The position numbers and the translations under genes were made by a program. 64,000 nt of DNA from assembly GCA_963722805.1 (NCBI GenBank), contig CAVROQ010000033.1, positions 198,619-262,618 of the forward strand, given 5' to 3'. Position 1 is the first letter of the stretch, and each line of letters opens with the position of its first letter. This DNA is from an uncultured Gammaproteobacteria bacterium (GTDB lineage: Bacteria; Pseudomonadota; Gammaproteobacteria; Pseudomonadales; JAHEGP01). Below are positions 1 to 9,615 of this stretch, in pieces. The notes beneath the pieces were generated by a model. The model saw only the letters and a list, made by a program, of their open reading frames with translations. It did not search any database and was not told where the DNA came from.

Positions 1-2205
1 CTCTTGTACCAGGCCGCTGTCGATCGCTGCCTGGCTGGTGGCAAAGCTGGCGCCGCCGGTAGTGCTCATATGGGCTTTACTGCTGGCGCCATCGTGGCAA
101 CTGCTGCACGCGGCGGCGATCGGTGTTACCACGGTATCGTCGCGTGGATCACTGAGGTCGGCGCCGGTATCCACCGTGGTGCCGAGCACAGAATCCGCCA
201 GCGGCAGCTGGAAGCCCTGCTCATTATGGCAGGCCAGGCAATTGCCCAGTTGTCCGGGGTAGTGCACTTCCTCTTCGTTGTAGACATAGGTGGTGAAGCC
301 ACTAAAGCCGACAATTTGCAGCGCCTGATCACGCATTGAAGCGGCATGAATACCGTGCACCATGGTCTTGAAATCGAGTGACTCCTCGTCCTTGCCATCG
401 GTCGGTGGCTGCGCGGCAACAGCGCGGACTTCACCATCGGTGTTGCGCGGGTTGTGACAACTGACACAACTGTCGATATTGTCGTTGCGATTGTTACCGT
501 GCAACACCAGGGTCTGGTGGCAGTGCAGGCAGTTATCAAGGATCACCGACTGGCGGCGGGGCACCGCCTGGCCGTCTACCTCGTCAATACTGTAGAAACC
601 GACGCTGTTGGTGAGCGGTATTTGCTGGAGCTCGCCGCTACCGTCAAGGTCGGCGGCGGGGTGGCCTTCAATCACCGCGACGCCCGAGCCGGTGGCCGGG
701 ATATTGGGTGCCAGGCTGCCGTCGGGAATAGCGGTTGACGAGGTCACCCGGTAGCTGCCGTCGCCATTGGCAACGGCGTTGGCGAGTGCGTCAATACTCA
801 CAGTACTGGCGTCTTCCTCGCCGTTGCCACTGTTGGTGTAATCGCTGGTCGACCAGCCGAGGGTGACCGCCAGCCGACTGGCACCATCATCCTGGGTCCA
901 TGGGCTGTCATTAAAAATATCGTAATCAGTGTCGTCTACGGGATTGAATACCCTGAAGCTGACCACCGGAAATTCTCCGGCTGCGGTATTCTCGATTGAC
1001 AATACCTCGGCGCCGAATTGTGCCCGGGCCTGGTCCACGGCAAGCGCATGGCTGGAAGCGATGGTGTCAGCGACGCCGCCGATGCCGTGGCAACTCATAC
1101 AATTCGAATCGTCACTCTGGCCGCCATAGTGCTGGTTGAAGTCGAGGTCGTCGTGGCAGCTGCCGCAGGCCGCGCGGCCGGCATGCTGGCTCCAGTTGTC
1201 GCCCTGGCTGGTGAGTTGAAGCGTGTCCTCGCCCGGGTCGGTACCGGTGCCGACGTGGCAATTGACACAGTTGCGAATATCCTGGGGATACTTGACCCCG
1301 GAGTAGTCGTGTTTGGTGTCGCTGAAGCCCCAGATGGCATATTCACCGCCGTCCTGTACGCTGGGCAATTGCGCGCCCATATGGATCTTGTGAATCATCA
1401 CCTTCATGTCGACGCTGTTGCCGCTATTGGCATCAGTGGAGCCGGGGTTGTGACAGGTCACGCAGTACTTGACCTCGGTGCGACCGCCGCCATGCAGTGC
1501 AAGTTGGTCGTGGCAGCGATTACAGTTGCTGGTGGCGGCGACATCGTAGTGAAAAATCGGGTCGGTTATGCCCGTTGCAGGTACCCAGTCATAGTAAGGA
1601 TTGGCGGGCTGCCGGGCATTGCTGAATTGCATCGCCACGCGATGACTGCGCTGGGGTTCATACGCCAAATTGAGCCCCTCAGTGTCGGCCTGGGCAGCAA
1701 TATCGGGAGCTACGACTTTGACGCTGGAAGCAAAGCGATAACGGTAGGTGCCATCGCCATTGTTGGTAAACTCCCCACGGCTGCCACTCTCAGTGGTAGC
1801 CTGCAGGGCGGCCTGGCTGCCGGGACCGACACCGGGTTGTTCGATCCGGTTGATATAGGATTGCCAATTGCCGGTCAGGTTACCGATGGGGCTGGATTCC
1901 AGCTTGCTGACAATCAGGCGAATATCGTTGGCTTGAAGATCGGTAATAGCGGTACTGTTTTGATCGGTCAGCTGGAACTCCACCACTGCCTGGCCATCAG
2001 CGGGAATCGTGGCGGCGGTGATAAACGGGAATATTTGCTCGGCATCGGCATAGGCTACGGCGGGCCGGGAGGGGTCGATGATCGCTCCACCCCCGCTCGG
2101 CGGTTGTGCGGGAGGTGGCGAGTCGTCGGAGCCGCCGCCACCGCCACAGCCCACCAGCAGGGCGATAGCGGCGCCAAAAAACAAAGAGTGCAGTCGCGCT
2201 TTCAT
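1..2205 (-). CDS. Outer-membrane decaheme c-type cytochrome lipoprotein, MtrC/OmcA family, second tandem paralog (3-prime end runs off the window)
   Basis: Absent from the ORF track because it has no in-window stop. Hand translation of the minus strand from ATG 2205 gives MKARLHSLFFGAAIALLVGC (lipobox). Nine CXXCH motifs follow (CNRCH, CVTCH, CVNCH, CGSCH, CMSCH, CLHCH, CVSCH, CLACH, CSSCH). The product is colinear with and clearly similar to the 2218..4638 product. GGAG lies upstream of the ATG. Confidence 0.8.
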   Translation of the reverse strand, partial: MKARLHSLFFGAAIALLVGCGGGGGSDDSPPPAQPPSGGGAIIDPSRPAVAYADAEQIFPFITAATIPADGQAVVEFQLTDQNSTAITDLQANDIRLIVSKLESSPIGNLTGNWQSYINRIEQPGVGPGSQAALQATTESGSRGEFTNNGDGTYRYRFASSVKVVAPDIAAQADTEGLNLAYEPQRSHRVAMQFSNARQPANPYYDWVPATGITDPIFHYDVAATSNCNRCHDQLALHGGGRTEVKYCVTCHNPGSTDANSGNSVDMKVMIHKIHMGAQLPSVQDGGEYAIWGFSDTKHDYSGVKYPQDIRNCVNCHVGTGTDPGEDTLQLTSQGDNWSQHAGRAACGSCHDDLDFNQHYGGQSDDSNCMSCHGIGGVADTIASSHALAVDQARAQFGAEVLSIENTAAGEFPVVSFRVFNPVDDTDYDIFNDSPWTQDDGASRLAVTLGWSTSDYTNSGNGEEDASTVSIDALANAVANGDGSYRVTSSTAIPDGSLAPNIPATGSGVAVIEGHPAADLDGSGELQQIPLTNSVGFYSIDEVDGQAVPRRQSVILDNCLHCHQTLVLHGNNRNDNIDSCVSCHNPRNTDGEVRAVAAQPPTDGKDEESLDFKTMVHGIHAASMRDQALQIVGFSGFTTYVYNEEEVHYPGQLGNCLACHNEQGFQLPLADSVLGTTVDTGADLSDPRDDTVVTPIAAACSSCHDGASSKAHMSTTGGASFATSQAAIDSGLVQE

Positions 2206-2217
2206 GCCCTGGCTCCG

Positions 2218-4638
2218 TTAACGGTTGTGCACTGTTTCGACACTGGCGCTGGCACTGCCGCGGTGGCAGACATCGCAGGTCTCAATCGCCCCCGTCGCCG
2301 TGGCATAGGGCGCTGCAAATAAACCACCCTGGCTTTGCATATGTTGCTTGCTGGCAGCGCTGTCATGGCAACTGCTGCAAACCGCAGTGACAGGCGTCGT
2401 TAACAGATCATCCCCAGGGTCGATGATGTCGGTGCCGGTGCCAACACTGGTGGCCAGCACCTCCGGCTCCAGTGGTAGTTGATAGCCGCGGCTGCCGTGG
2501 CAGGTCTGGCAGTTACTGAGGCGGCCGGGGTACTGCACATGTTGCAGGTCGTAGACGTGGGTGCTGAAACCACCGAAGCCGACGATTTGCAGCGGTGCCT
2601 CGCGGAAGGCCGCGGCATGGATGCCGTGGATCATGGTTTTGAAGTCCAGCGATTCTTCGGCTTTGCCATCCGTGGGTGGCTGGCTGGCAACTTCTCGCAC
2701 GCTGCGGTCGGTATTGCGTGGGTTGTGGCAGGTCACGCAGCCCTCGAGCTTGTCGGTGCGGTTGCCGTCATGCAATGACAGGCTCTGGTGGCAATCGAGG
2801 CAGTTATCCAGCACTGCCGACTCGCGCCGGGGGACCGGTCTGGGGTCTGTGATACCGAAATACTCAACAACATTGGTAAGCGGTACCTGGCTCGGCTCGT
2901 CTGCTGTGTCGAGATTCACCACCGGATGGCCCTCGATAGTCACAGCTCCCGAGCCGCTGGCAGCTATATCAGGTGCCAGGCTGCCATCGGGAATCGCCAC
3001 CGGCGAAGTCACGCTAAAGCTGCCGTCGCCGTTGCTGCTAGCGCTGGCCAGGGCATTGATCGAGACTGAACTGGCGCCGCTACTGTCTTCGGGTTTACTC
3101 CCGGCGTTGCCGGTGTTGGTGTAGTCCGAGGTCGACCAGGCCACAGTGACGGCAAGCCGGCTGGCACCCCCGCTGGCACCCCCGCCCTGGGTCCACTCAG
3201 GGTCGCTGAGAATGTTGTAGCTACTGTTGTTATTGTTGGGGTTGACGATACTGAACCTCACCGCGGGGTTTTGTCCCGGCGCTGTGTTACTGATTTCGAG
3301 TATTCTTGCTTCAAAGTTGGTGCTGGCTTCGGCAACCAGATTGCGGTGCGCCTGCTGCGGCCCTTTTGCCCTGCCGCCTTCAATATGGCAATTCATGCAG
3401 GGCTGTTCACCCCCTCCGCCATGCCGCAGTTTGTCGTCGTGGCAGGACTCGCAGGCAACTCGCCCGCCATAGGTGACCCAGTTGTGGCCATCTGTTGTCA
3501 GCACCGCGGTGGGTGCCGGCAGGTCATTGATTTCGGCGTAATCGACGTCTTCTTGCCCGGCGTGGCAGCGGGCGCAGTTGTTAATGACCCCGGGGTAGAT
3601 AATATCCGAGTAGTCGTGCTCACTATTGCTAAATCCCCAGATTTTATAGGGCGTACCATCTTCCACGCTGGGCAGGCTTGCGCCGCGGTGAATGCGGTGC
3701 GCCATGATTTTGAAATCGACCGAGTTTTCGCTATTGGCGTCTGTGCTGTCGGGGTTGTGGCAGCTTACGCAGTAATCCATTTCGGTGCGGCCCCCGCCAT
3801 GCAGGGCCAGATTTTCGTGACAGGTATTGCAGGTCGCGGTGGCGACCACCTGGCGACCTGGATAATTCTGGTAGAAGCCCTGGTCCAGCGAGGTTGCGCG
3901 CTCGCCGATGGCGGAATTGACCAGGTCCTCGGGCACAAAATCAATGCAGGCGTTGTTGGTTCTAGCCTCAAGTGAAAACTGGAAGCAGATACGATGGGTC
4001 TCTCCCAGGGTCGACGGGTCGCCGGGATTGGTAACCATGGTATAGGACCAACTGCCATCCTGGTTCAGCACCAACTCGCCACCGCTTTCGGTGGTGGCGT
4101 AGTTGCGGGCGACTTTGCCGGTGGCCACCGGGTCCTGTACTTTACGTGCGGAGTCGGGGATCGCATCTGGATCGGTGGTGCTGGTAAAGCTGGTGCATTG
4201 GTTGGCGCTGGCGCTGACATCGGAGGCGCTTCTGCACACCGGGTCCTCACTGCGGTTGATCAGGGATTCCCAGTCGCTGGTGTCAAACTCGGTACCGTCG
4301 ACAAGTTTGACAAAACTGGCGCGCAACGCACTGTTGTCCAACCCGGTTACCCGTTGCAGCTTATTCGCCACCAGGGTGAAGCTGACGGTCGGCGGACTAT
4401 CGAAGCGGATAGCAACAATATTCGCCTGCACGGTATCACTACTGGTTAATTGTGCGGCATCGATGCTGTCTGAGGGTAGCACCGGCGGCGGTGGCGTTAC
4501 CGGTCCGTCGGGCGGTGTAGGTCCGGGTTCGACGCCGGGCGCGCGGTCGCCGCCGCCCCCGCCACCGCAAGCGAATAGGGCAAGGCTGATCAGGCAGCTT
4601 GCCAGTCCAGTCCGAATTGTGGTCGTCATGGTTGTCAC
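2218..4638 (-). CDS. mtrC: Outer-membrane decaheme c-type cytochrome lipoprotein, MtrC/OmcA family
   Basis: 806-aa ORF. Lipobox LALFAC is followed by a Gly/Pro-rich linker. Exactly 10 CXXCH motifs (CNTCH, CVSCH, CARCH, CESCH, CMNCH, CLDCH, CVTCH, CQTCH, CSSCH, CDVCH). Lies directly downstream of the mtrA/mtrB-like genes. Confidence 0.85.
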   Translation of the reverse strand: MTTMTTTIRTGLASCLISLALFACGGGGGGDRAPGVEPGPTPPDGPVTPPPPVLPSDSIDAAQLTSSDTVQANIVAIRFDSPPTVSFTLVANKLQRVTGLDNSALRASFVKLVDGTEFDTSDWESLINRSEDPVCRSASDVSASANQCTSFTSTTDPDAIPDSARKVQDPVATGKVARNYATTESGGELVLNQDGSWSYTMVTNPGDPSTLGETHRICFQFSLEARTNNACIDFVPEDLVNSAIGERATSLDQGFYQNYPGRQVVATATCNTCHENLALHGGGRTEMDYCVSCHNPDSTDANSENSVDFKIMAHRIHRGASLPSVEDGTPYKIWGFSNSEHDYSDIIYPGVINNCARCHAGQEDVDYAEINDLPAPTAVLTTDGHNWVTYGGRVACESCHDDKLRHGGGGEQPCMNCHIEGGRAKGPQQAHRNLVAEASTNFEARILEISNTAPGQNPAVRFSIVNPNNNNSSYNILSDPEWTQGGGASGGASRLAVTVAWSTSDYTNTGNAGSKPEDSSGASSVSINALASASSNGDGSFSVTSPVAIPDGSLAPDIAASGSGAVTIEGHPVVNLDTADEPSQVPLTNVVEYFGITDPRPVPRRESAVLDNCLDCHQSLSLHDGNRTDKLEGCVTCHNPRNTDRSVREVASQPPTDGKAEESLDFKTMIHGIHAAAFREAPLQIVGFGGFSTHVYDLQHVQYPGRLSNCQTCHGSRGYQLPLEPEVLATSVGTGTDIIDPGDDLLTTPVTAVCSSCHDSAASKQHMQSQGGLFAAPYATATGAIETCDVCHRGSASASVETVHNR

Positions 4639-4683
4639 CTGTCTAGTACTCCCACCGCTAGTGCGTGTAGTAGCGGCTGTATA

Positions 4684-6999
4684 TCAGGGAAGTCGATAAA
4701 TGACCGACAACCCCAGGTAGTTGGTGGCCTCATCGGGGCTTTGTTCACCAAAGCTCAGCACTTTGTTGATGGTGTCTGGCGCAACATCGTCGATCGCCCA
4801 GTTGTCGCTTTGATAATAGAAATACTGGTAGTCAAGGTTCAGTGTCAGCTTGTCGCGCAGGTGGTATTGACCGCCAAGGCGCAATTGATGCTGGCGGGTT
4901 TTCCGGTCGGGAGTGGCGGTGGCAACGATGTAGGCCGCGCCATAGCTCACGTAATCGTTGTCGCCGACGGTTTCGATAAAGCTGTAATCGATTTCCAGAT
5001 CCAAACGGGGCATGGCGCGCCACTGCATGGCTATGCCAAGCGCCTGGACGGTGTCGTCGCTGTTGACATCCCAATCGCGGCTGGGGTCGCTGGCCTGGGG
5101 CAGGGGTGGAGTGACCGCGAAGGGGTTTTTCTCGACGCCACCCCGAAAAGCACGGCCCGATTGGGAGGCCGAGTAGCGGTTGTAATTCAGGTAGGCACTG
5201 ACATTGAGATCTTCATGGGCCTGGTAATTGGCGCTGAAGACATAGCTCTGAATGCGCTCGTCGGTCAGCCCCAGGGTGCTCTTGTCAAAGTCATCCTCGC
5301 GCCATAGCAGGTTTAGCCCCAGGCTCCAGCGGCTGGAGAGCAGGTAATTGAGGTCGACCTTGGCGCGCAGGCGCTCACGATTGGACAGCTGGTATTGACT
5401 CAGCAGTGGATGGTTGGAAAAGCGCTGGTTGTCGGGGGTTTCATTGATCAACTCGGTGTCGTAACGCGAATAGTAGGATTGTGACCATTGGTAGGTGTCG
5501 GCCGCGAGGTCGGCGTAGAGTAAATCGAGCCTCGCGCTTAGCGGCTGCCAGGTATTAATGGTCAGTTGCCCGCCAAGGCTGCTTTCATCGGTGTGCTCCA
5601 CTGCGGCATTACTGCGCTCAACCCGGTCGTAGGTATACTCAAGCAGAAGCTTGGTACGCTTGGGCAGGCGATAGCCGGCCTCAAAGGCGATGGTCTGCTT
5701 GCGGGTGTCGTGGGGCGCATTGTAGGCAGTATATTTTTCTGCGGGTTGGTCAGCACCGTCACCCCGCACATAAAGGTAGCCGTCCCGGGGGCTGTCGTTA
5801 GCGCGATCGGCGTAGCGATAGCGAGCCTCCAGCGTGAGGTTACGGGTGGCACGGGCATGTGCGCTGAGCATCAGGGTGGTGGTGGCGAGCTCGGCATCGA
5901 GGTCGCTGCGTGGCAGCCCCTGGGTGACAAATAATGCCGGGTTTATGGTGTAGTCGGGAAAGTCATCGTGTTGTTCAGTGATAGCGTAACTGCCGTCGAG
6001 CATCACCCTCAGGGTGGGTGACACGATCCAGTTTCCGGTCAGCCGCAGTCGTTGGTAGCGATTGTCCGGGGCGAGGGCAAGGGCGCCGATGCCGTTGGGA
6101 TAATCCACTGCCTGGCCGTAGCCGGCGATGTAGGGATTCTGCCAGCTGAGAAGATCTTCGTTGTTGGTAAAGTCGCTGAAGTGGTAACTGGCTGCCAAAT
6201 TCAGCGAGCGCCCTGTGTAATTAAAAGCGAGGTCAAAATCGGTTGTGCGCTGGTCCACCGGTTGTGGCAGTAGTGCAGCCAGTGGGCCGGCAGCATCATT
6301 GTAAATCGCGCCGCCAAGGTCGGTGGTGCCATTTTTCTGCTCGCTGCTGAATGTGGTTTGCAGGGCCCAGCCAGCCCCCAGAACGGTGTCAAATTGGAGG
6401 CCATATTCTTTGCGCTCCAACTTGCGTTCGAAGTTGTCCAGCGCAGGGTACAAAAGGCCCCAGTCGGAGGTGTTGGGGCCACCCTGCCAGCCCGGCGGTA
6501 GCACCAGAGTGGAATTCCCGGCACCGATAAAAGGTGTCTGGGCGGTGTTGTTTTTTACCTGTACCTGGTCGTTAAAAAACAATGCCAGGCGGCGCTCACC
6601 GGCCATACCCCATTCGAGCTTGCCCCTGCGGGTTTCAAGGCCGAGGTCACGGCCGTCAATCTGCCAATACTGGTTACTGCTGTCGCGCCATTTAAGCCAA
6701 TTGATATTGCCAATAAATACGGCACCGCGTTCATACAGGCCGTTGTACTGGCCGAACATAAAGTTGTCATCGCTAACATAACCGACGCCAGCCTCTACCT
6801 GGCCGCTGTAGTCAATTTCCCAGCGGCTGGCCAATGGCCTGGTTTCGGCTGCCAGGGCACTGTAGGGGTCGGACTGGGGAGGTGGATCAGAGCTTGCGTC
6901 GTCGGCGACGGCGCCCCCGGCCATAGCAGTTGCCAGCAGTGTCGGCAGCAGTTGCAAGCCGAGTAGGTAAAGCGCGCCGGAATGCTGTGTCTGTGCCAT
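4684..6999 (-). CDS. mtrB: MtrB/PioB-type outer membrane beta-barrel porin of a porin-cytochrome complex
   Basis: ORF 4684..7071 trimmed to ATG 6999, which has GGGAGGA upstream; the longer start overlaps the mtrA-like gene. Signal peptide ends ...LLATAMAGGAVA. About 770 aa, rich in Y/G/D/N with alternating strand-like pattern. Sits 14 bp after the periplasmic decaheme gene. Confidence 0.8.
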   Translation of the reverse strand: MAQTQHSGALYLLGLQLLPTLLATAMAGGAVADDASSDPPPQSDPYSALAAETRPLASRWEIDYSGQVEAGVGYVSDDNFMFGQYNGLYERGAVFIGNINWLKWRDSSNQYWQIDGRDLGLETRRGKLEWGMAGERRLALFFNDQVQVKNNTAQTPFIGAGNSTLVLPPGWQGGPNTSDWGLLYPALDNFERKLERKEYGLQFDTVLGAGWALQTTFSSEQKNGTTDLGGAIYNDAAGPLAALLPQPVDQRTTDFDLAFNYTGRSLNLAASYHFSDFTNNEDLLSWQNPYIAGYGQAVDYPNGIGALALAPDNRYQRLRLTGNWIVSPTLRVMLDGSYAITEQHDDFPDYTINPALFVTQGLPRSDLDAELATTTLMLSAHARATRNLTLEARYRYADRANDSPRDGYLYVRGDGADQPAEKYTAYNAPHDTRKQTIAFEAGYRLPKRTKLLLEYTYDRVERSNAAVEHTDESSLGGQLTINTWQPLSARLDLLYADLAADTYQWSQSYYSRYDTELINETPDNQRFSNHPLLSQYQLSNRERLRAKVDLNYLLSSRWSLGLNLLWREDDFDKSTLGLTDERIQSYVFSANYQAHEDLNVSAYLNYNRYSASQSGRAFRGGVEKNPFAVTPPLPQASDPSRDWDVNSDDTVQALGIAMQWRAMPRLDLEIDYSFIETVGDNDYVSYGAAYIVATATPDRKTRQHQLRLGGQYHLRDKLTLNLDYQYFYYQSDNWAIDDVAPDTINKVLSFGEQSPDEATNYLGLSVIYRLP

Positions 7000-7013
7000 T
7001 GCGCGTCCTCCCG

Positions 7014-7973
7014 CTACCTGGCCAGCACCGCCCCGGAGGGGTGGTTGGAACCATGGACCTGGCTGTGACAATTCAGGCAGTTCTTGCCCAGCATGTTCTG
7101 GTTGGCGTCACCGTTAGGCAGGCCACTGCCGCTATACAGGGTGCTGGGATGAAAAGCCGCCGAATGACACTGCTGGCAGAGGAACGGTCCCCGTGAGGTG
7201 AGTAGGTTATCGTTGACCGAGCCGTGGGGCTGGTGGCACAGGCTGCAGTCCTCGGCCGCCGGTGCATGTTCGAACAGGTAGGGTCCGCGCAGTTCGGCGT
7301 GGCAGCTGTAACAGTTGTCATTCAATGTAGGCTGGAGCAGGGCAAAGGGAGTTGCTGAGCCATGGCTGTTATGGCAATCGCTGCATACGGTGCGACCTTC
7401 CTTTATCGGGTGACGCGATGGCAGGTTGGCCTCGGTGCGTTGGCGCGGATGGCATTGGTAGCAAACGCCGGCCTGGGTCATATCATCCAGCAGCGGGTCC
7501 TGTTGTAAGTGCACCTGGTGACACTGGCTGCAACTGATGTCTTCGTCGTGGTGCACGCTGCCGGCCCAGAGCATTTGCTTACCACCCTGGTGGCATGCAA
7601 GGCAGGTGTTATCGCGCTGCCGCGCAGAGGAAGTCCAGCGTGGTCCAAAGCTTATCTGGGGTGCTTGCACCACGGGTGAGCGGCTGTGAGCAACACTGTT
7701 ACCGTGGCAACTGACACAGTTGCTATTGCCGCCCGTGTCCATCCTGCCGTGGACAGTATGTAAAATGGATTGCACCGGCACATCGGCGCTGGGCGCGTGG
7801 CAGCCCATGCAATCGGCAGCCTCTTCTGTCGCGGCAGTCTCGGTCGCAGCCAATGCCCCCGGTAGCACCAGCCAGGCGAACAAGCATACCAGCGTCAGGC
7901 GGCCAAGGCAGCGGCGGATGCCGGGCGGGCTGGCGCTGCGTGTTGCAATTGCTGCTGTCATTGCTACCTTCAT
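7014..7973 (-). CDS. mtrA: Periplasmic decaheme c-type cytochrome, MtrA/DmsE/PioA family
   Basis: 319 aa with an N-terminal signal peptide and 10 CXXCH motifs (CMGCH, CVSCH, CLACH, CSQCH, CYQCH, CSDCH, CYSCH, CSLCH, CQQCH, CLNCH). Size and heme density are typical of MtrA. Immediately precedes the porin gene. Confidence 0.9.
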   Translation of the reverse strand: MKVAMTAAIATRSASPPGIRRCLGRLTLVCLFAWLVLPGALAATETAATEEAADCMGCHAPSADVPVQSILHTVHGRMDTGGNSNCVSCHGNSVAHSRSPVVQAPQISFGPRWTSSARQRDNTCLACHQGGKQMLWAGSVHHDEDISCSQCHQVHLQQDPLLDDMTQAGVCYQCHPRQRTEANLPSRHPIKEGRTVCSDCHNSHGSATPFALLQPTLNDNCYSCHAELRGPYLFEHAPAAEDCSLCHQPHGSVNDNLLTSRGPFLCQQCHSAAFHPSTLYSGSGLPNGDANQNMLGKNCLNCHSQVHGSNHPSGAVLAR

Positions 7974-8021
7974 TACGGCTTTCGTTGCGCTTTGCGGCGG
8001 CTATTGGCGCGACAAGTGGAT

Positions 8022-9581
8022 TCAGGGTGCACTAAGGAAATCACTATCTTTGCTGGTAAGGCTGAACGTCATTGGCAGTGATACCCAGTGAGCGCCAGCA
8101 GCCTGGCCGGCCCCCTGCAGGGCGACACCAAAGGAATACTGTCCCTTGCGGGTGAAGCTCTTCTGGTTCGCTGTGCCCTGCAATGGCCGACTGAAATTCA
8201 CCGTCCAGCGACCGTCCTTGAAGTTGGCATTAGCGCTCAAGTTACTGTTTGCGACCCAGTCGATTCCTGCCAGAATGCTGGCGCTGCGGGCACTGGCGCC
8301 TTTGCTGAGGCCGAGCTTCCAGAGCTCAACATAGTTGCCCTCGGCCATCAGTTGGTCGAGCTCAGCAGGCGCGAGGGTTTGCACCGGCCTGCCAATTTGA
8401 TACGCCTGGTTACGAGATACCGCGAGGTATTTGTCGAGACCCTGGCCGCGGTCGCGCTTCATCCCGGGCATATCGCTATGGCAGGCAGCCCAACAGGCCC
8501 CGCGGCCAAATTCCTGGTTGCCGCCATCGCCCCACATAATGGCAATTTGTTGATCATCCGCCCCACCAAGCCAGCTGAGGCTGACCAGTAGTGCATCCTT
8601 TTGGCGCTTGAAGGCAATGCTGATATCACGCGCTGCTGTGGCGCCAGGCGCAGCCAGTTTCGCTCCCATGGTTTTCTCGTCACCCTGGTGGCAGGTTTCG
8701 CAGTCGAGACCCTGGCGCAGCGGCTGTGAACCGGGGTGCTCGCTTGTCAGCCATTCCCGATCTATTTGCCCCGGGCTAAAAAGGGTAATGGTTTTTCTGC
8801 TAACGGCAGTGGCTGGCAGCACTGGGGCCACGCTGTTGGCTGGGGCGTGAGCAATGCCGCTGTGGCAGTCGATGCAGGTTCGACCCGGCTGGGTCATAGT
8901 CTTGTGATAACTGGTAGCCTTGGCGCTAACCCTGGGGTCCTTTGCCATCGCGACCAAATTGTGACAGGAGTTACAGCCGGCGGAGCGATTGTTTCGCATC
9001 TGGCGCTCGGCGTCCGGATTGCCGTGGGGGTTGTGACAGCTGCTACAGGGAGGATTGTCGGCGATTTTTTCCGGCAGCGAGTGAATGCCGCTTTTCTGGG
9101 TTTTGTGGCACAGCAGGCAGATTTGGGCCTGGGTGTTGTTTTGCAGGGCTTTGTCGGCCTCGGCGTGGGCATCGTGACAGGTAGCGCAGCCTATGTTTTG
9201 TGTGGCGTGGACAGAGTCGTGCCATGCTTTGCCGACGTTAGCACTGTGGCATTCCAGGCACTGGGTATTCTGCTGTTCAATACCGCTGTTCCAGCGCGGT
9301 CCAAAACTTACCCCGGGGGAATTGATGGTAGGTGCGTTGGCATGGGCGGCGCTGGGGCCATGGCAGGACTCGCAGCCGCGTTCGGCCATCGGGCTACCCT
9401 GCTGCTGGGGGTCGCCGTGGGGTGTCGCCAGCAGCGGGTGTACCGGTGACTGGTCGCTATAGTCATGACAACCCAGGCATTGTTTTGCGCCATCAGTGGA
9501 GTAAGCATCGTTTGCGGCAGCGAGATAACCTGCGCCAAGACAGCAAACTATAAATGCAAGGTAGCGGAGTAGTTTTGCCAT
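8022..9581 (-). CDS. Secreted 9-heme c-type cytochrome with a C-terminal EB_dh/DOMON-like domain
   Basis: ORF 8022..9776 trimmed to ATG 9581 (MAKLLRYLAFIVCCLGAGYLAAA signal peptide); the longer form overlaps the cymA-like gene. Nine CXXCH motifs plus one CWAACH (CX3CH). The N-terminal half aligns by eye with the MtrA-like protein (SFGPRW block). The C-terminal ~200 aa (WGDGG...ACWAACH...LWKLG...DGRWTVNFSRPL...YSFGVAL) resembles the ethylbenzene-dehydrogenase-type heme domain. Confidence 0.75.
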   Translation of the reverse strand: MAKLLRYLAFIVCCLGAGYLAAANDAYSTDGAKQCLGCHDYSDQSPVHPLLATPHGDPQQQGSPMAERGCESCHGPSAAHANAPTINSPGVSFGPRWNSGIEQQNTQCLECHSANVGKAWHDSVHATQNIGCATCHDAHAEADKALQNNTQAQICLLCHKTQKSGIHSLPEKIADNPPCSSCHNPHGNPDAERQMRNNRSAGCNSCHNLVAMAKDPRVSAKATSYHKTMTQPGRTCIDCHSGIAHAPANSVAPVLPATAVSRKTITLFSPGQIDREWLTSEHPGSQPLRQGLDCETCHQGDEKTMGAKLAAPGATAARDISIAFKRQKDALLVSLSWLGGADDQQIAIMWGDGGNQEFGRGACWAACHSDMPGMKRDRGQGLDKYLAVSRNQAYQIGRPVQTLAPAELDQLMAEGNYVELWKLGLSKGASARSASILAGIDWVANSNLSANANFKDGRWTVNFSRPLQGTANQKSFTRKGQYSFGVALQGAGQAAGAHWVSLPMTFSLTSKDSDFLSAP

Positions 9582-9615
9582 GATAGCGATTCCTTTTATC
9601 CCCTGGTCTGCGCGT

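Noticed and set aside
1018-2322. 434-aa plus-strand ORF (also 4..339, 454..738, 2561..3124, 3271..3975 and 3994..4449 on plus)
   Set aside because: These are antisense shadows of the minus-strand decaheme cytochrome genes. Their products are low-complexity and Ala/Gly/Val-rich with no motifs. The minus strand encodes regularly spaced CXXCH motifs.
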